A stretch of 64,000 nt of DNA from Selaginella moellendorffii. Taxonomy: Eukaryota; Plantae; Lycopodiophyta. The stretch is taken from contig NW_003314323.1 in the NCBI RefSeq assembly GCF_000143415.4, positions 376,499 to 440,498 of the forward strand. Reading direction: 5' to 3'. Position numbers and translations under genes: made by a program. A model generated the notes under the pieces. It saw only the letters and a program-made list of their open reading frames with translations. It had not been told where the DNA came from and ran no database searches. Positions 44,556 through 56,569 of the stretch are shown here, piece after piece (within the stretch, counting starts at the first letter, position 1; each line of letters starts with the position of its first letter).

Positions 44556-45878
44556 ATGGGCGGATTTCCTCTCCGCGGTGCTCTTGTTCTTGGGCTTTGG
44601 CTGCTCTTCCTCTCCATCACCGCTCAATGCCAAGCTCCAGCGTCATTTGTTTTTGGGGACTCGCTGGTGGATGGTGGCAACAACAACTATATCTTTTCGC
44701 TGTCCAAGGCCGACCAGCCGGCTAATGGCGTCGACTTTCCCGGCGGACGGCCCACTGGGCGATTCTGCAATGGAAGAACCATCCCGGACATCATCGGTAC
44801 CGAGAAAAAATGGATTTTTTCTGCCTCTTTCTGATTGATTCGTGTGTTTGCCAGGCGAGAGTTTTGGAATTCCATACGCTCCACCGTATCTAGCACCCAC
44901 AACGCACGGCGCAGCGATCTTAAGGGGGGTGAACTATGCGTCCGGTGGTGGAGGAATCGTGGACGAGACCGGACGGATCTTCGTGAGTGTTTTCAAGTTT
45001 TTGTTCCTCCCTCACTTATTTCAATGCTCTTGTGGTCTCAGATTGGGAGATTGTCGCTGTCAAAGCAACTTCTCTACTTCCAAAACACCACGCGCGAGCT
45101 CAAATCCATGCTCGGCGAGGACGCTGCCCGCCAGTACCTCGCAAAATCCATTTTTTCCGTCACCATCGGCGCCAATGACTACCTCAACAATTATCTCTTG
45201 CCCGTTCCTCTCACCGGGGACTCTTTCCTCACGCCGCGCGCCTTCCAGGACAAGCTCATCACGAACTTCCGGCAGCAACTCACAGTTAAGTCCATGCAAA
45301 GTTCTCGTGATCATCTAAAAGTTGCTGCTTTCCAGACGCTTTACAACTCGGGTGCTCGCAAGATCATTGTCGCGGGAGTTGGACCCATCGGCTGCATCCC
45401 ATATCAGCTCACGCTCAATCTCCGGAGAGATGGGAGTTGCGTTCCGAGTGCCAACAAGCTTGCACTGAACTACAACACGGCCCTGAGAGATCTCATCCTG
45501 GAACTCAACTCCAAACTCCCCGGATCGATGTTCTCCTATGCAAACGCTTACGACGTTGTCTGGGATATCATCACCAACAAGAAAAACTACGGTAAATTCT
45601 CATTCTTTTCTCGATTCATTCCATAGTTTTTCTCATTCGTTTCTCGATTTAAAGGCTTCGAGACGTGCGATCTAGCTTGCTGCGGGATTGGAGGGCCGTA
45701 CAAGGGGGTTCTTCCCTGTGGCCCAAACGTGCCCGTGTGCAACGAGAGATCGAAATCCTTCTTCTGGGATGCGTACCACCCCAGCGATGCCGCCAATGCG
45801 ATTGTGGCCAAGCGCTTCGTCGATGGCGACGAGCGAGACATTTTCCCGCGCAACGTGAGGCAGCTCATTGAAATGTGA
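44556..45878 (+). CDS. Secreted GDSL esterase/lipase, 5 exons
   Basis: Signal peptide, FVFGDSLVDGGNNNY, PTGRFCNG, GVNYASGGGG, GANDY and FWDAYHPS. Confidence 0.95.
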
Positions 45879-46081
45879 TTGATTGATCGATCCATCCATT
45901 CCATTTTTTTTCATATCTCCACTCACTGATCCTTCAATGCAATCCAGCTCCTCCCATTTATCTATTCCTTCAAAGCTCCTATTTTTATTCTCCAGGAGTC
46001 TCTGCGTTTTAAAATTTAAAGTTTCGTTTAGCGCCGCTCGACGTCGTGTGTTCGAATCTAGGGTTTAAGGTTTTGTGCGCG

Positions 46082-47527
46082 ATGGCGATGGCGGAGCTCG
46101 ATTCTGGCGCTGCCGTTACGTCCTGGAACTACAGCGGTGAAAGAATGGCTGTGGGGTTCACCGATGGCGGCGCCGAGGTGTGGAGCAAGGGATTTGGGAA
46201 TGGATCGCCTGCATTGTCGTTGGATTTCAAATGGAAGGTGAGTGCGCTTCTTTCGATGCTCTACGTAGGATTTCTTGCTTGTATGAGATGGAAATCTTTC
46301 CTTTTCTTTAGTTTCTAGTGTTGCTCGTTCGTCGGGAAGAAGTTTTTTCCAGGATACTTCTTCACAGATACGCGTGTGTCTAGGCTCATGAAGGTTCCTC
46401 TATCGTGAAACTTTGCTGGGGACCGATGGAGTTCGGCGACATTGTTGCTTCTTGCTCTACAGATGGTTCGGTTTGCGTCTGGGAAGAAATCAATGGTACG
46501 ACCTTTTCTTTGCCTCGAGCGCAGCATTCTGACAATAGTTCCTTGTTTTTCCCTACCTTTTCTGAAGAGAATGGCAAGCCCAAGTGGAGGCAGTGTGCTC
46601 AGCTAGCTGAAAACAGCTACTGTCTGGATCTAAAGTTTGGAAATTGTCTCGGCGGCTTGAAACTGGTACGTAAGCTATTGGAAGTCCTTTTAGTTTTCTT
46701 TTCTGATTAGTTTTGACACAGGTTACAGCTTGTGCTGATGGTTATGCCAGGATTTACGAAACCTCGGACTGCATTGATCTTTCAAAGTGGCAGCTTCAGG
46801 TAGGCCAAGTTCTTGATTTTTCTTTCTTTTCTTTTCTCTCTAAGTTTCGGATAAAATACAGGCGGTGGTTTCGAACGCAACAGATGTGACTGAGAAGACT
46901 GGGAAGTGCTCCTGCTCTGGAGCTTCCATCTCATGGAAGCCTCCGGCTGGTTCCATCCAGCAGCCACTTTTCGCACTTGGCTACTCCACAGACGTCTCAG
47001 GATTCTCCACAACGAAGGTATAACACTGCAAGATAGTTCTCAAGCTTTGGTACTTTCACAGATCTGGGAATTCGCTGAAGAGCATAGACGCTGGTATCCA
47101 ATTGCCCAGCTCTCAAATGCGGACGACGGCGTTGGAGTAAGCTCCATATCGTGGGCTCCAAATCTCGGAAGGTAACTAGCTACAAGCTTTCTATCCTTGT
47201 CATTTCTGATGTACGTCCGCTCCAGGCCGAATGAGTTGATAGCAGTGGCTTCCGGAAGCACTGTCTCAATCTGGGACTTGGAAATCGGTGGAAAGCAGGG
47301 GGTTTCCGTGCAGAGAATCGCAGAGCTAGAGCATAGCGCAGAGGTGAGCATCCAAAGCTTTAAAAAAGTGTTTTTTTCCAAGAAAAATCTATTTATTTCA
47401 GGTGTGGCAAATCGATTGGGACATGAGCGGCATGACATTGGCATCGTCTTCCTCGGATGGAACCGTGAGGCTGTGGCAAGCTGGTTTAGATGGAGCGTGG
47501 AGGCAGCAAGCTTCACTAAGAGCTTGA
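46082..47527 (+). CDS. SEH1: WD40 nucleoporin SEH1, multi-exon
   Basis: LDSGAAVTSWNYSGERMA, WGPMEFGDIVA, ISWAPNLGRPNELIAVA and VWQIDWDMSGMTLASSSSDGTVRLW. Confidence 0.88.
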
Positions 47528-47713
47528 TAAGGCTCGTCCTCGGACAAGATTCTGGAACCAACGGCCAGGATGAGACGTGTATTCCGTTCCATAATTCACG
47601 GGCAATCTGGGTCGTTGGATCCTCTCATTTTGTCGGCCTGACGCCCATTATGAAGTGAGAGCAAAGCAAGCCCTTGGCCTGGTCGGGGAGAGACGGCGGA
47701 GGCGACGACGGCA

Positions 47714-49204
47714 ATGGTGAGTGGAGTGTGTCTCGAATCGAGTTTCTAGGGTTTATGATCTCGTTTTGCTCTTGTCTAGGGGGACGATCGCAGGCGCAGC
47801 AGGTAAATGTTTGCTCTGACGGCCTTTAGGTGTGCTCATTGCTGCGATTTCCAGATATTCGCAGTCCCCATCGCCGAGGCGAGGTCCATCACGGAGCCCT
47901 CCACCGCTAAAATCACCTCTCAAGTATGTTCTTGCTGTTTTTGGTGGAGATTTCGAGCTCAAAGAGTCGGTTTTTCCAGGGAGGATCCTGACAATCCGGG
48001 AAATAACCTCTATGTCACTGGCCTCTCGACGCGGGTCGCGGAGAAGCAGCTCTTGGAGCATCTCTCGCGAGAGGGGAAGGTATTCCTCCTTAAAGTTTGG
48101 GTTTGTTCTTTGCTGTTCTTGGCTTAAACCTTGTTCTACAGGTCCTGGAGTGTCGGATCGTGGTGGATCCGAGGACCAAGGAGTCCAGAGGGTTTGGATT
48201 TGTGACAATGGCCAGTACGGAGGATGCGGAGCGCTGCATCAACTATATGAATCGCTCCACGCTCGAGGGCCGTATAATCACGATAGAGAAGGTAAGTATC
48301 CTCTCTAAGTCTTCCTATACAAGTTTCTTCTTTTTGTTTTTTCGATTCTTTGCTACGCATGGAGTGCTGCAGCTAGAGCAAACGATGCTAATCTGGTTGC
48401 TGGTCATCCAGATTTTTCAGTTTTTTACTTCTCGGGCGGCTCTTTTTCAAGCAGCCACTTTGACTTCAGACAAATGAGCGAGCTGTGCGCTGGGCTCTGC
48501 TTCATCGGTCTTTGCCTTCTCCAGAAAAACATCAAGCATCAATCAGTCTCTCCTGATCCAACCAGTCTGCTTCAAACACCAAAAAAAAAGTCTGCTCCAA
48601 ATCTCAATTCAGAAGCCCCACCTTAGCAGCATTCCCAGTTGCGAGCTGTGCGAACTTTGATGAGATGCGGTCAGTGCAGCAGTTATCAAAAATCCGAGCG
48701 TTAGAAACCAGTGACCCTCCCTTTCAAATCATGCTCCACTGGAAGTCTTTGAGGTTCTTTTCTCTGACTTGAGTTTTTTGCATTACCTACAGGAAGCGCT
48801 TTGCCATCAGCTTTTACATTTTCCATTTGGTACTGATTGCTTTCTTTGATGCAGGCTAGGCGCAAGAGACCACGAACTCCTACACCTGGAGAATACCTGG
48901 GTGTCCGAGGCAAGTTTCTCATTCTTTTTTCAGAAAAGAACGATTTGGTTCTAATGTTTCTTCTGGTTTCATCACAGCTCCTCCAAGATCTCGGCCACCA
49001 GGTTACGGTCCACGACATCGCGAGAGAGACCGAGACAGGGACTACAGGGACTACTCCCGTAGATCACCCCGCTACTCTCCATACAGGGGTGATAGCCGCG
49101 ACAGATCTCCACACGGCCGGAGCTACCGCAGGGAGCGATCCCGTTCGCCTTACTACTACCGCAGGGAACGCTCTCGCTCGCCTTACCACATGTACCGACG
49201 CTGA
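47714..49204 (+). CDS. SR45a: SR45a / Tra2-like splicing factor (RS-RRM-RS), multi-exon
   Basis: The ATG is followed directly by an intron. Exons give NPGNNLYVTGLSTRV, DPRTKESRGFGFVTM, LEGRIITIEK|ARRKRPRTPTPGEYLG and a YSPY/RSRSPY tail. One GC-AG intron at 48910-48977. Confidence 0.92.
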
Positions 49205-49385
49205 CCACCACAAGGTTTGCTGTGACATTCTCTATTCCATTCAAAATCCAACTGACTGACGCTCTGGAACAGGCTTCTCTTCATTTACCTGGACACTGCT
49301 ACTCTCATCCCACACTCTCAAGTTTGTACTCAAAAGAAAAAGGACATTTTTACATTACCAAATGGTGGTGGTCGAGTTTTTCTCC

Positions 49386-50252
49386 TCAAGGAGGTGCTGT
49401 AAGTGCCGCTGTTTGGTTGCTACTAACCGGTGGTGGCACTGAAGCTTTGTCCGGGACAGTGGCAGCCGAGGCCTCCGCTTGTTGCTGCTTGAGCTTGTAT
49501 CGCGGGGCGAATCCTCGCTTGGAGTAAGGCGTGGTTTTCACGCACTCGAAGTAGGCCGCCGCGAACTGGGTGATCTCGCAGGATTCACGCGAGTAATTGA
49601 AGAGCTTCTTGGGTTTCACCTGAATCGGCGGAAGAACACACGAAGAGAGTGAAGGGATGGATCCAGATCTTTCGTACCAGAGGTTGCGAGCACCAGCCAT
49701 ACTCTTGCGACGCGGTCATGGGGACTTCGTACTTCTCCGGTGGTGGCATGTCGAGGTCCTGGATTGGGAAGCACGCGCCGAGAAACTTTTGCGCCTCCTC
49801 AAACTCCTGTTTGGTCACTGCAGTCTCGTATGGTAAATGTTTCTCGAGGAAGCCAGCGATGGAAGATACCTTTCCTCGACGACGTGACTTGGGTGGGCTT
49901 CTTGGTGAGCACTTCGGCTGTTTCAAAGTGAAATATTTTGCCAAGCAAGGATCAAACGGATGGAAAAGAGGAAAAAATGCATTTTTTTGCTTGTTTTGGG
50001 CAGTTTTTTTCGGCGTTGTGAGAATGTTGGAAGCGAATGAACGAGGCGAGCAAGCGAACCTGTGAGTGGATTCAGTCGGTACTCGGCAGCTTGCACCTCG
50101 ACGGCCTCGAGCTTCGAATTCATGCTTTTGTAGAGATTGTCGAGAGCTACCATGTCGTCCACGGCTGGGAATCTTTGTGGGCGGTGCTGCTGCCCGCGGG
50201 CTTTAGCTGGGGACGAGGAGGGGGAGGAATGCTGCTGCTTGGAGGAAGCCAT
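49386..50252 (-). CDS. FAM183/CFAP144-like ciliary protein, 3 exons
   Basis: Motifs YRLNP, PPEKYEVPMTASQEYGW..PL and SCEITQFAAAY...PY match the FAM183 pattern as recalled. Confidence 0.75.
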
Positions 50253-50429
50253 GGGAGCAATCGATTGGATGATGATGCACATTCTTTTCCCCTTTAACCC
50301 GATCCGAGTTTTTAGGGCTGCTCCTGGCTTAACCGTCCGAGGTGGAGCGGGAATATGCCATTTTGGTTTGGCGGGATAAGATTTTCGAAACTTTTTATTA
50401 GGCGAGAATCATGCACCGTCTCTAAGGAC

Positions 50430-50730
50430 AGACATTTCGACGAAGCCCAATAAGTCTTCCACGCCATGATCCTGCAGAACCAGCAGCCCTCGCGCACCAA
50501 GCTCGTCTCTGACACTATGGAGAGGAGAAACTCCTCGATGCTAACGCTCTGGCCCCCTGGAGAGCTGCTTCTTGAGGCTGACCATCTCTGCACTCCGGAT
50601 TATGCGTCGGATTTCCACCATAGCAGCGACTTGGAAAGAGGAAGCTAGATTATGGAGTTTAGTTAAACTAGACTACACCAACACAGGAACGTTTGTGCCT
50701 ACTCTCAGGAAGAATGAAGGATCTTTGGTA
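50430..50730 (+). pseudogene. Collapsed remnant of the PPR gene at 53715-55421
   Basis: Collinear blocks GACGAAGCCCAATAAGTCTTCCAC, CCAAGCTCG...GAGAAACTCCTCG, GGATTTCCACCATAGC and GTTAAACTAGACTAC match 54714-55410 with large deletions between them. Confidence 0.85.
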
Positions 50731-53524
50731 AAAGCTGTCTCAAATAAGCAAATTTAAGCCTGTTCACAAACTCAAATGCCTGGCATCACATCAGGTTCAT
50801 CTGGGACTTGATCCTGGTTATGCTAATGTTTGCATATATCCTGACCTGGTGGTTTGTATTCCTACAGTTTTGCTTTGGAATTTTAATAACACAATTTCTT
50901 TTTGTGCATTTGATTTGCATGTGGAAAATAAAGACTTTACAAAGAAACTATTGAAGTTAGTATTCATTTATGCTTGTTATGTTTACCTTGAATTGGAATG
51001 GAGTGGAGATTGTTAAATAGTATATGTATGTTTACTGTTTCGTGTGATTTAATGAAGATTCTTTGAAGTTCTTATGTATTGACTTGATATTTAATTTTTA
51101 ACATGCTTTATTCACATTATTGTACTCAATTTCATAATAACCAGGTTTTATACTATTTTGAAAACCATGATTAATGATTATTACGTAAGAAGGATGTTTA
51201 GACAAATTATGATAAATAAAATATTCACATTTCACATTACTTTCTTTCTAGATATACATTTATAAAATTGCATCTATATTATCTAAATGTCAATCCCAAG
51301 TACAAAGAAAGAAAGATACTAATTTAATAAAACAATCATTTTCTAAATTATCATGATTCTCTTCACTTAATTATATATAAAATTTATGACAAGCAATTAA
51401 TTTTCAGATATTTATACATATTTGATATAATACACTTGATGGGTAATAAAAAATTCAAATGATTACAAAATAAAAAAAATGAAAAAAAATATTTTAATAA
51501 TGAATTCAAAAATATAATAAATTTAATGTTAAATTAAAATATAAATCAATACATTTTAAATTCTAATTCTTGACACTTCATTATTTCTAAAGTTTAAAAT
51601 AACTTGAAACTTGAACTAATAAATATTTCATACAAGTAAATTAAATATATTTTATTACAGTTGTGCTAATCAATACAATAAAACTATAATGACATATTAA
51701 TTAAAAATTATAAATGATATAAATATTTGTAAATATTTTATAATCAATACTTTTATATATTAGACTAAGAAAATTATAAATATTATAATATATCACAAAA
51801 AAATATTTCCTAAACTATTTAATGATAAATGAGACTATTGTCTTTTACATTTTATTTGTGGTATATACATCATTGAAAACAACTTACTTAGATTTATTAA
51901 AATTTAATTAATTAAAATATGTATATATTATGAATAAATAATAATTTAGATTTTGAGTATGGTTTTCAATATTTTTAAAAAGACATAGATATAGTTTTTA
52001 AAATTTTTAATTTAAAATAACTATTTTAAATTATTGATTTTATCAAGTTTTGAAATTACCCAGAAACATTAATATTATTTCCTTAAAAATAAAAATTTAT
52101 AAAATTAAAAGTTTAAAAATTAAATGAGTTTATATCTCATATCACTTGCTATATCTTTGTTAAAATACTCAATTTTTATTATCATTAAATTGATGTCCCT
52201 TAGCTGGAATTTCTAATATATTTTCTTGATATACTTCTTTTGAGACATCTTTAATATTCAGTTCCTTTTATTTATAAATATTTGAATGTTAAAATAGTCT
52301 AGAAAATCTTAAACTTAACTTATTAATAAATATGTAAAGTTTTTTCATATTTCATATGTAACAAAATACATAATTAGAAAGAAAAAATGAATCTTTAGAA
52401 AAATAGAATGAATAAAAGAATGTGAGGATAAATCAATAAAGGTTAATACACTAACAAGTGAAATACTTATAAATATGTAATTATAATGGTTTATTATATA
52501 TTTTATATAGTTATATATTTTTATATATTTAAACTATAGTTTACCTGTATAGTCTGCTTTAGATATTAATGAACTAATTAATAAGTGTTCAACCTTCACA
52601 ATATGTTATTTGATTTTGATATTATGGATTTTTATTTTTTCAACATTTAATATTTTTTAATGTGTTTTTATTTTATGAAAGTGTTTTTTTATTATTTTAT
52701 GTAAAATTAACTTAGTGTTTTTTATTGCACCATATATAAAGTTACACTTTTTATAGTTTTGTTCCCCTGAATAACTTTGATGTTAATTTTTATATTGTAA
52801 TTCTTGATAAAAAATTAAGATTATTTTTTAGTTTTAAGTGAAAAGTTTCATTTAATGTCAGTTAGGTGTTAATTATATTTCTTGAGAAATATACTTTAGA
52901 CTTTAATTTCTAATTATACAACTTAAAATTTAAAATATTTATTTATTTACCTTGTCTATGTGCAATATTACTTTTGCTAAATGCTTAGAAATACAGCTAG
53001 ATGCTAAATAATTATAGCTCATGTAATATCATCAAATTATTATAAAGTAATTTGATTTTTCTAAATAAATTTATTTAATTTATCAGAGAAAATCTAGCCT
53101 TTTTTAAGAGAGATTAGGAAACTAGGTGTCAAACATAATTTTAATCAACATCTTTCCTCTGAAAGAATGCTCCTTGTCTAAAACAATTAAACAGACTCTT
53201 CAGCTAATTTCTAAAATTGTTTGGAATTAAAATATAGAGATTTCTAGCAAATTTTAGGGTTGGCATCTTCCTCTTTTTCCACTTATAAACTCCCAACTTT
53301 GTTGCGGGTTGCTTGTGAATAACAAGCTTGGGCAGGTCGAGATCTTGTCAGTATCTTCCAAAGCTCCAAAATGTACTTACAGTCACTATGCTTTAAGACC
53401 ACCCATACATTGAGAGCTTTCCAGGCTTCAGAATCTCTGACAATTCCTACATTGCCTCCCAAGTCCCTGGTTAGTCTCAGGCTTCAAAGCAACAAGGGAC
53501 CTACTCAAGCTCATTTAAATGAAT

Positions 53525-53680
53525 GAGTCGAATCTGGACGCCATTGTTTGACCTTTGTAGAGATTGTTTGAGAGCTACCACGTCGTCCACGATTGGGAAT
53601 CTTTGTAGCTGGGGACGAGGAGGCGGAGGAATGGTACCAGTCGATATATGGTTTGGCGGGATAAGACTTTCGAAACGTTT
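53525..53680 (-). pseudogene. Collapsed remnant of FAM183-like exon 1 and its promoter
   Basis: TTGTAGAGATTGT..GAGAGCTACCA.GTCGTCCACG..TGGGAATCTTTGT, AGCTGGGGACGAGGAGG and GGTTTGGCGGGATAAGA.TTTCGAAAC match 50128-50391. Confidence 0.85.
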
Positions 53681-53714
53681 TAGTGCACCGAATATACCTA
53701 CGTGAGGATGAGAA

Positions 53715-55421
53715 ATGGAGAGGGGGAAATGCCTGGAGCTCATCGAGAATTGCAAGGGCCTGGCGATGGCACGGGAGATCCACGCGGGTATTCCAGGTAG
53801 CGCGCTCGCCACTGATGTCTATCTCTCGAACAAGCTGATTGAAATGTTTGGGAAATGCGGCGCCGTGGGTGCCGCGCAGGACATCTTCGAGGCGATGGGC
53901 AGCGGCGGCAGGGATTTGTTCTCGTGGGAGCTCATGCTCCACGCCTGCTCCAGGAATGGATTGCTCCGCCAGGCGCAGGGATTGCTGGACCAGATGCCCC
54001 ATCGGCGTCTCATGTGCTGGAATTCGCTGCTCGGATCGCTGGCTCGCGATCGGAGGCCCCAAGAGGCAGCTCTTCTCTTCTGCACCATGCCGGAATGGGA
54101 CCAGCTCTCCCTGAATTCTATCCTCTCGGCGTATGCCCAGAGTGGGCTTCTTGAGAGATCAAAGCTCTTCTTTGATCGGATGCCCCAGCGCGATGTTGTC
54201 TCGTCCAATGCGATGCTCACTGCCTACATCGTCCGAAACCATCTTGAGGAAGCTACCGCATTCTACGATGCTATGCCCGAAAGAACTCTAGTCTCCTCGA
54301 CTGCTGTTCTTCAGGCGTATGCCCAGGGTGGGCATCTTGAGCAAGCAAAGAGAGTGTTTGAGGAGGTTCCAGAGATGGATGTCGTGTGCTCAACCGCGAT
54401 GCTGGCCATATTCTCCGAGAATGGAATCGTGAGCGAGGCAAGAAGGATCTTCCACTCCATGCCACAGAAAAATCTAGTCTGCTGGAATGCGATGCTCTCC
54501 GCCTACGCTCAAAACGGCCAAATCTCGGAGGCCAGGAGAACTCTTGAATTTGACATGCCACAGCACAACTTGGTGTCCTGGAACACGATGCTCGACGCTC
54601 TCGTGCAGCACGGAAAGCTGGAAGAAGCAAAGAGAGTGTTCGAGACAATGCCGGCGAGAAGCATCATCTCCTCGACGTCGATGGTGGCGGCGTATGCCCT
54701 GGAAGGGCATATCGACGAAGCCCAGCAAGTCTTCCACACCATGCCCGAATGGGACGTGATATCCTTAAACACCATGATCGCGGGCTTCTCGCAGAACAAG
54801 CAGCTCTCGCGTGCCAAGCTCGCCTTCGACACCATGGACGAGAGAAACTCCTCGTCCTGGGACGCCATGCTAGCTGCGTACGCTCAAAACGGGCATGCCG
54901 GGACCGCGGAGATCTTCTTCTCGAGGCTCCCGAGCCTGACCATCTTCTCCTGGAGCGCACTGCTTGCCGGATATGCGCAGGACGGCAAATCCTCCATGGA
55001 AGCTCTCCTCCAGGCCTTCCATTCCGCGAGCCTTGTCATCGACATGCCCGATCCGACTTGCGTGGTTCTGGTTCTCACGGCGTGCAGCCGCACGGGCCAA
55101 GTTAGCCTGTGTCGGAGCTGGTTTGCTTCTGCGAGCTTGGATTTCCACCATAGCTCCACCCTGCAACACTATTGCTGCATGGTAGACGTGCTGGGGCGAT
55201 CGGGGCGTTTGGAGGACGCGGAGGAGCTCGTCAAAGCCATGCCGTTCGTTCCTGATGCTCTAGCATGGACTACGCTACTTGGAGCTTGTAAATACCACAA
55301 GGATTTGGAAAGAGGGAGCCGGATTTTGGAGAGCGTGGTTAAACTAGACTACGCCAACGCAGGAGCGTTTGTGACACTGGCCAACATCTTCACTCTGAGG
55401 AAGAACGAACGATCAAAATAG
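53715..55421 (+). CDS. PLS-class PPR protein (E-type, no DYW)
   Basis: 568-aa intronless ORF ending HYCCMVDVLGRSG, WTTLLGACKYH and FVTLANIF. Confidence 0.94.
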   Translation: MERGKCLELIENCKGLAMAREIHAGIPGSALATDVYLSNKLIEMFGKCGAVGAAQDIFEAMGSGGRDLFSWELMLHACSRNGLLRQAQGLLDQMPHRRLMCWNSLLGSLARDRRPQEAALLFCTMPEWDQLSLNSILSAYAQSGLLERSKLFFDRMPQRDVVSSNAMLTAYIVRNHLEEATAFYDAMPERTLVSSTAVLQAYAQGGHLEQAKRVFEEVPEMDVVCSTAMLAIFSENGIVSEARRIFHSMPQKNLVCWNAMLSAYAQNGQISEARRTLEFDMPQHNLVSWNTMLDALVQHGKLEEAKRVFETMPARSIISSTSMVAAYALEGHIDEAQQVFHTMPEWDVISLNTMIAGFSQNKQLSRAKLAFDTMDERNSSSWDAMLAAYAQNGHAGTAEIFFSRLPSLTIFSWSALLAGYAQDGKSSMEALLQAFHSASLVIDMPDPTCVVLVLTACSRTGQVSLCRSWFASASLDFHHSSTLQHYCCMVDVLGRSGRLEDAEELVKAMPFVPDALAWTTLLGACKYHKDLERGSRILESVVKLDYANAGAFVTLANIFTLRKNERSK

Positions 55422-55870
55422 AGCGTTCGCATGCAACTAGGCAGGACTGTAAATGTCTCGCAAGAGTTCAGCCTGGGTTCTTGAGGGCTGCAAAATTTCT
55501 TGCCTCCTAAAATTCAAAACCGCGGCCCACACGAGGCGCTACAGCCAGCGCCACTATTGTTCTAATTCGCACCACCTCGGAAGAAGAATACAGTGGTAAA
55601 CACTTCAACCTAAGGGTCAAGTGGAACAATGTTGTTCGCTGTCGACAAGGGAAAATCATGATTTTGAGACGGTACAAGTATTCTCATGTTGACAAGATCG
55701 ACAAGAACACTCGCCACTCTCGTCCCAGAGCCTGTTGGAAGCTGCCATAGCTAGAGGGACCAAGAGTGAGTTGTGCATTGCATCCATGTAGCCCATGCTT
55801 CATAGTTGGCACAAGTGGACTGAAGACAAATCATATGTATAAGGTAAGTGTAAGGTAAACTTAGTGGTCC

Positions 55871-56345
55871 TTACATTTACCTCTGAGGTAAGGTGAAAAA
55901 TTTCACCATTTTACTTTACATTCACCCAGTTTTATATATATATATATATATAGTGCCCAACTAAAAAGCATAAAATCCTATTTACATGGATGCAATGAAT
56001 GATTCCTATCCCTTTGGTCCTTGTTGGAAGCTATGGTAGCACAAATATCACAGGTTGGATTTGCAGAGCGTTGATAACTTACCTCAGAGGTAAATGTAAA
56101 ATCTATTACAAGTAATCTTGGCATGCAATGTATTATTACCTCCTCACCATTTCACCATTTTACTTTACATTACCTCCTCAAGATTATTATAATACATGTT
56201 ATGACAGCTTCCAAACATCACTAGTTGGATTTGTAGAGCTTTGACAACTTCAAGCCTTTTGTAAGTGTATACTCTCGTAAAATATAAGGTGTGAGAGAAG
56301 GCTTGAAGTTATCAACCCATGATGTTTGTTGGAAGCATAGCATGT
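55871..56345. repeat. Foldback/MITE-like cluster of inverted and direct repeats with (TA)10
   Basis: Perfect 22-bp inverted repeat 55871-55892 / 56078-56099. Direct repeat TTTCACCATTTTACTTTACATT at 55901 and 56150. Second imperfect stem at ~56195-56345. (TA)10 at 55933-55952. Confidence 0.65.
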
Positions 56346-56569
56346 GCTGCAAGTACTCTTGAGGCTTAAGTGCACGCAATGTATTAGACTTTTGGATTTG
56401 GACAACACTAATTTATATTTGATTTATATCCGGAAATGGCATTTCAAAACAGAAATCAAGTCAGCGCTACAATGTAATCAAGATTAAGCTGCAAGATCTT
56501 TAAAACAGCGTCGCTTGAAGACTGCAAGCTATGCGGAAAGCTATAAGGATTAAGCTCCAAGTTCAAGCT

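Noticed and set aside
37993-45878. CYP74 plus GDSL lipase as an oxylipin biosynthetic cluster
   Set aside because: The lipase is a secreted type, is separated by unrelated genes, and no lipoxygenase is present. Proximity alone is insufficient.
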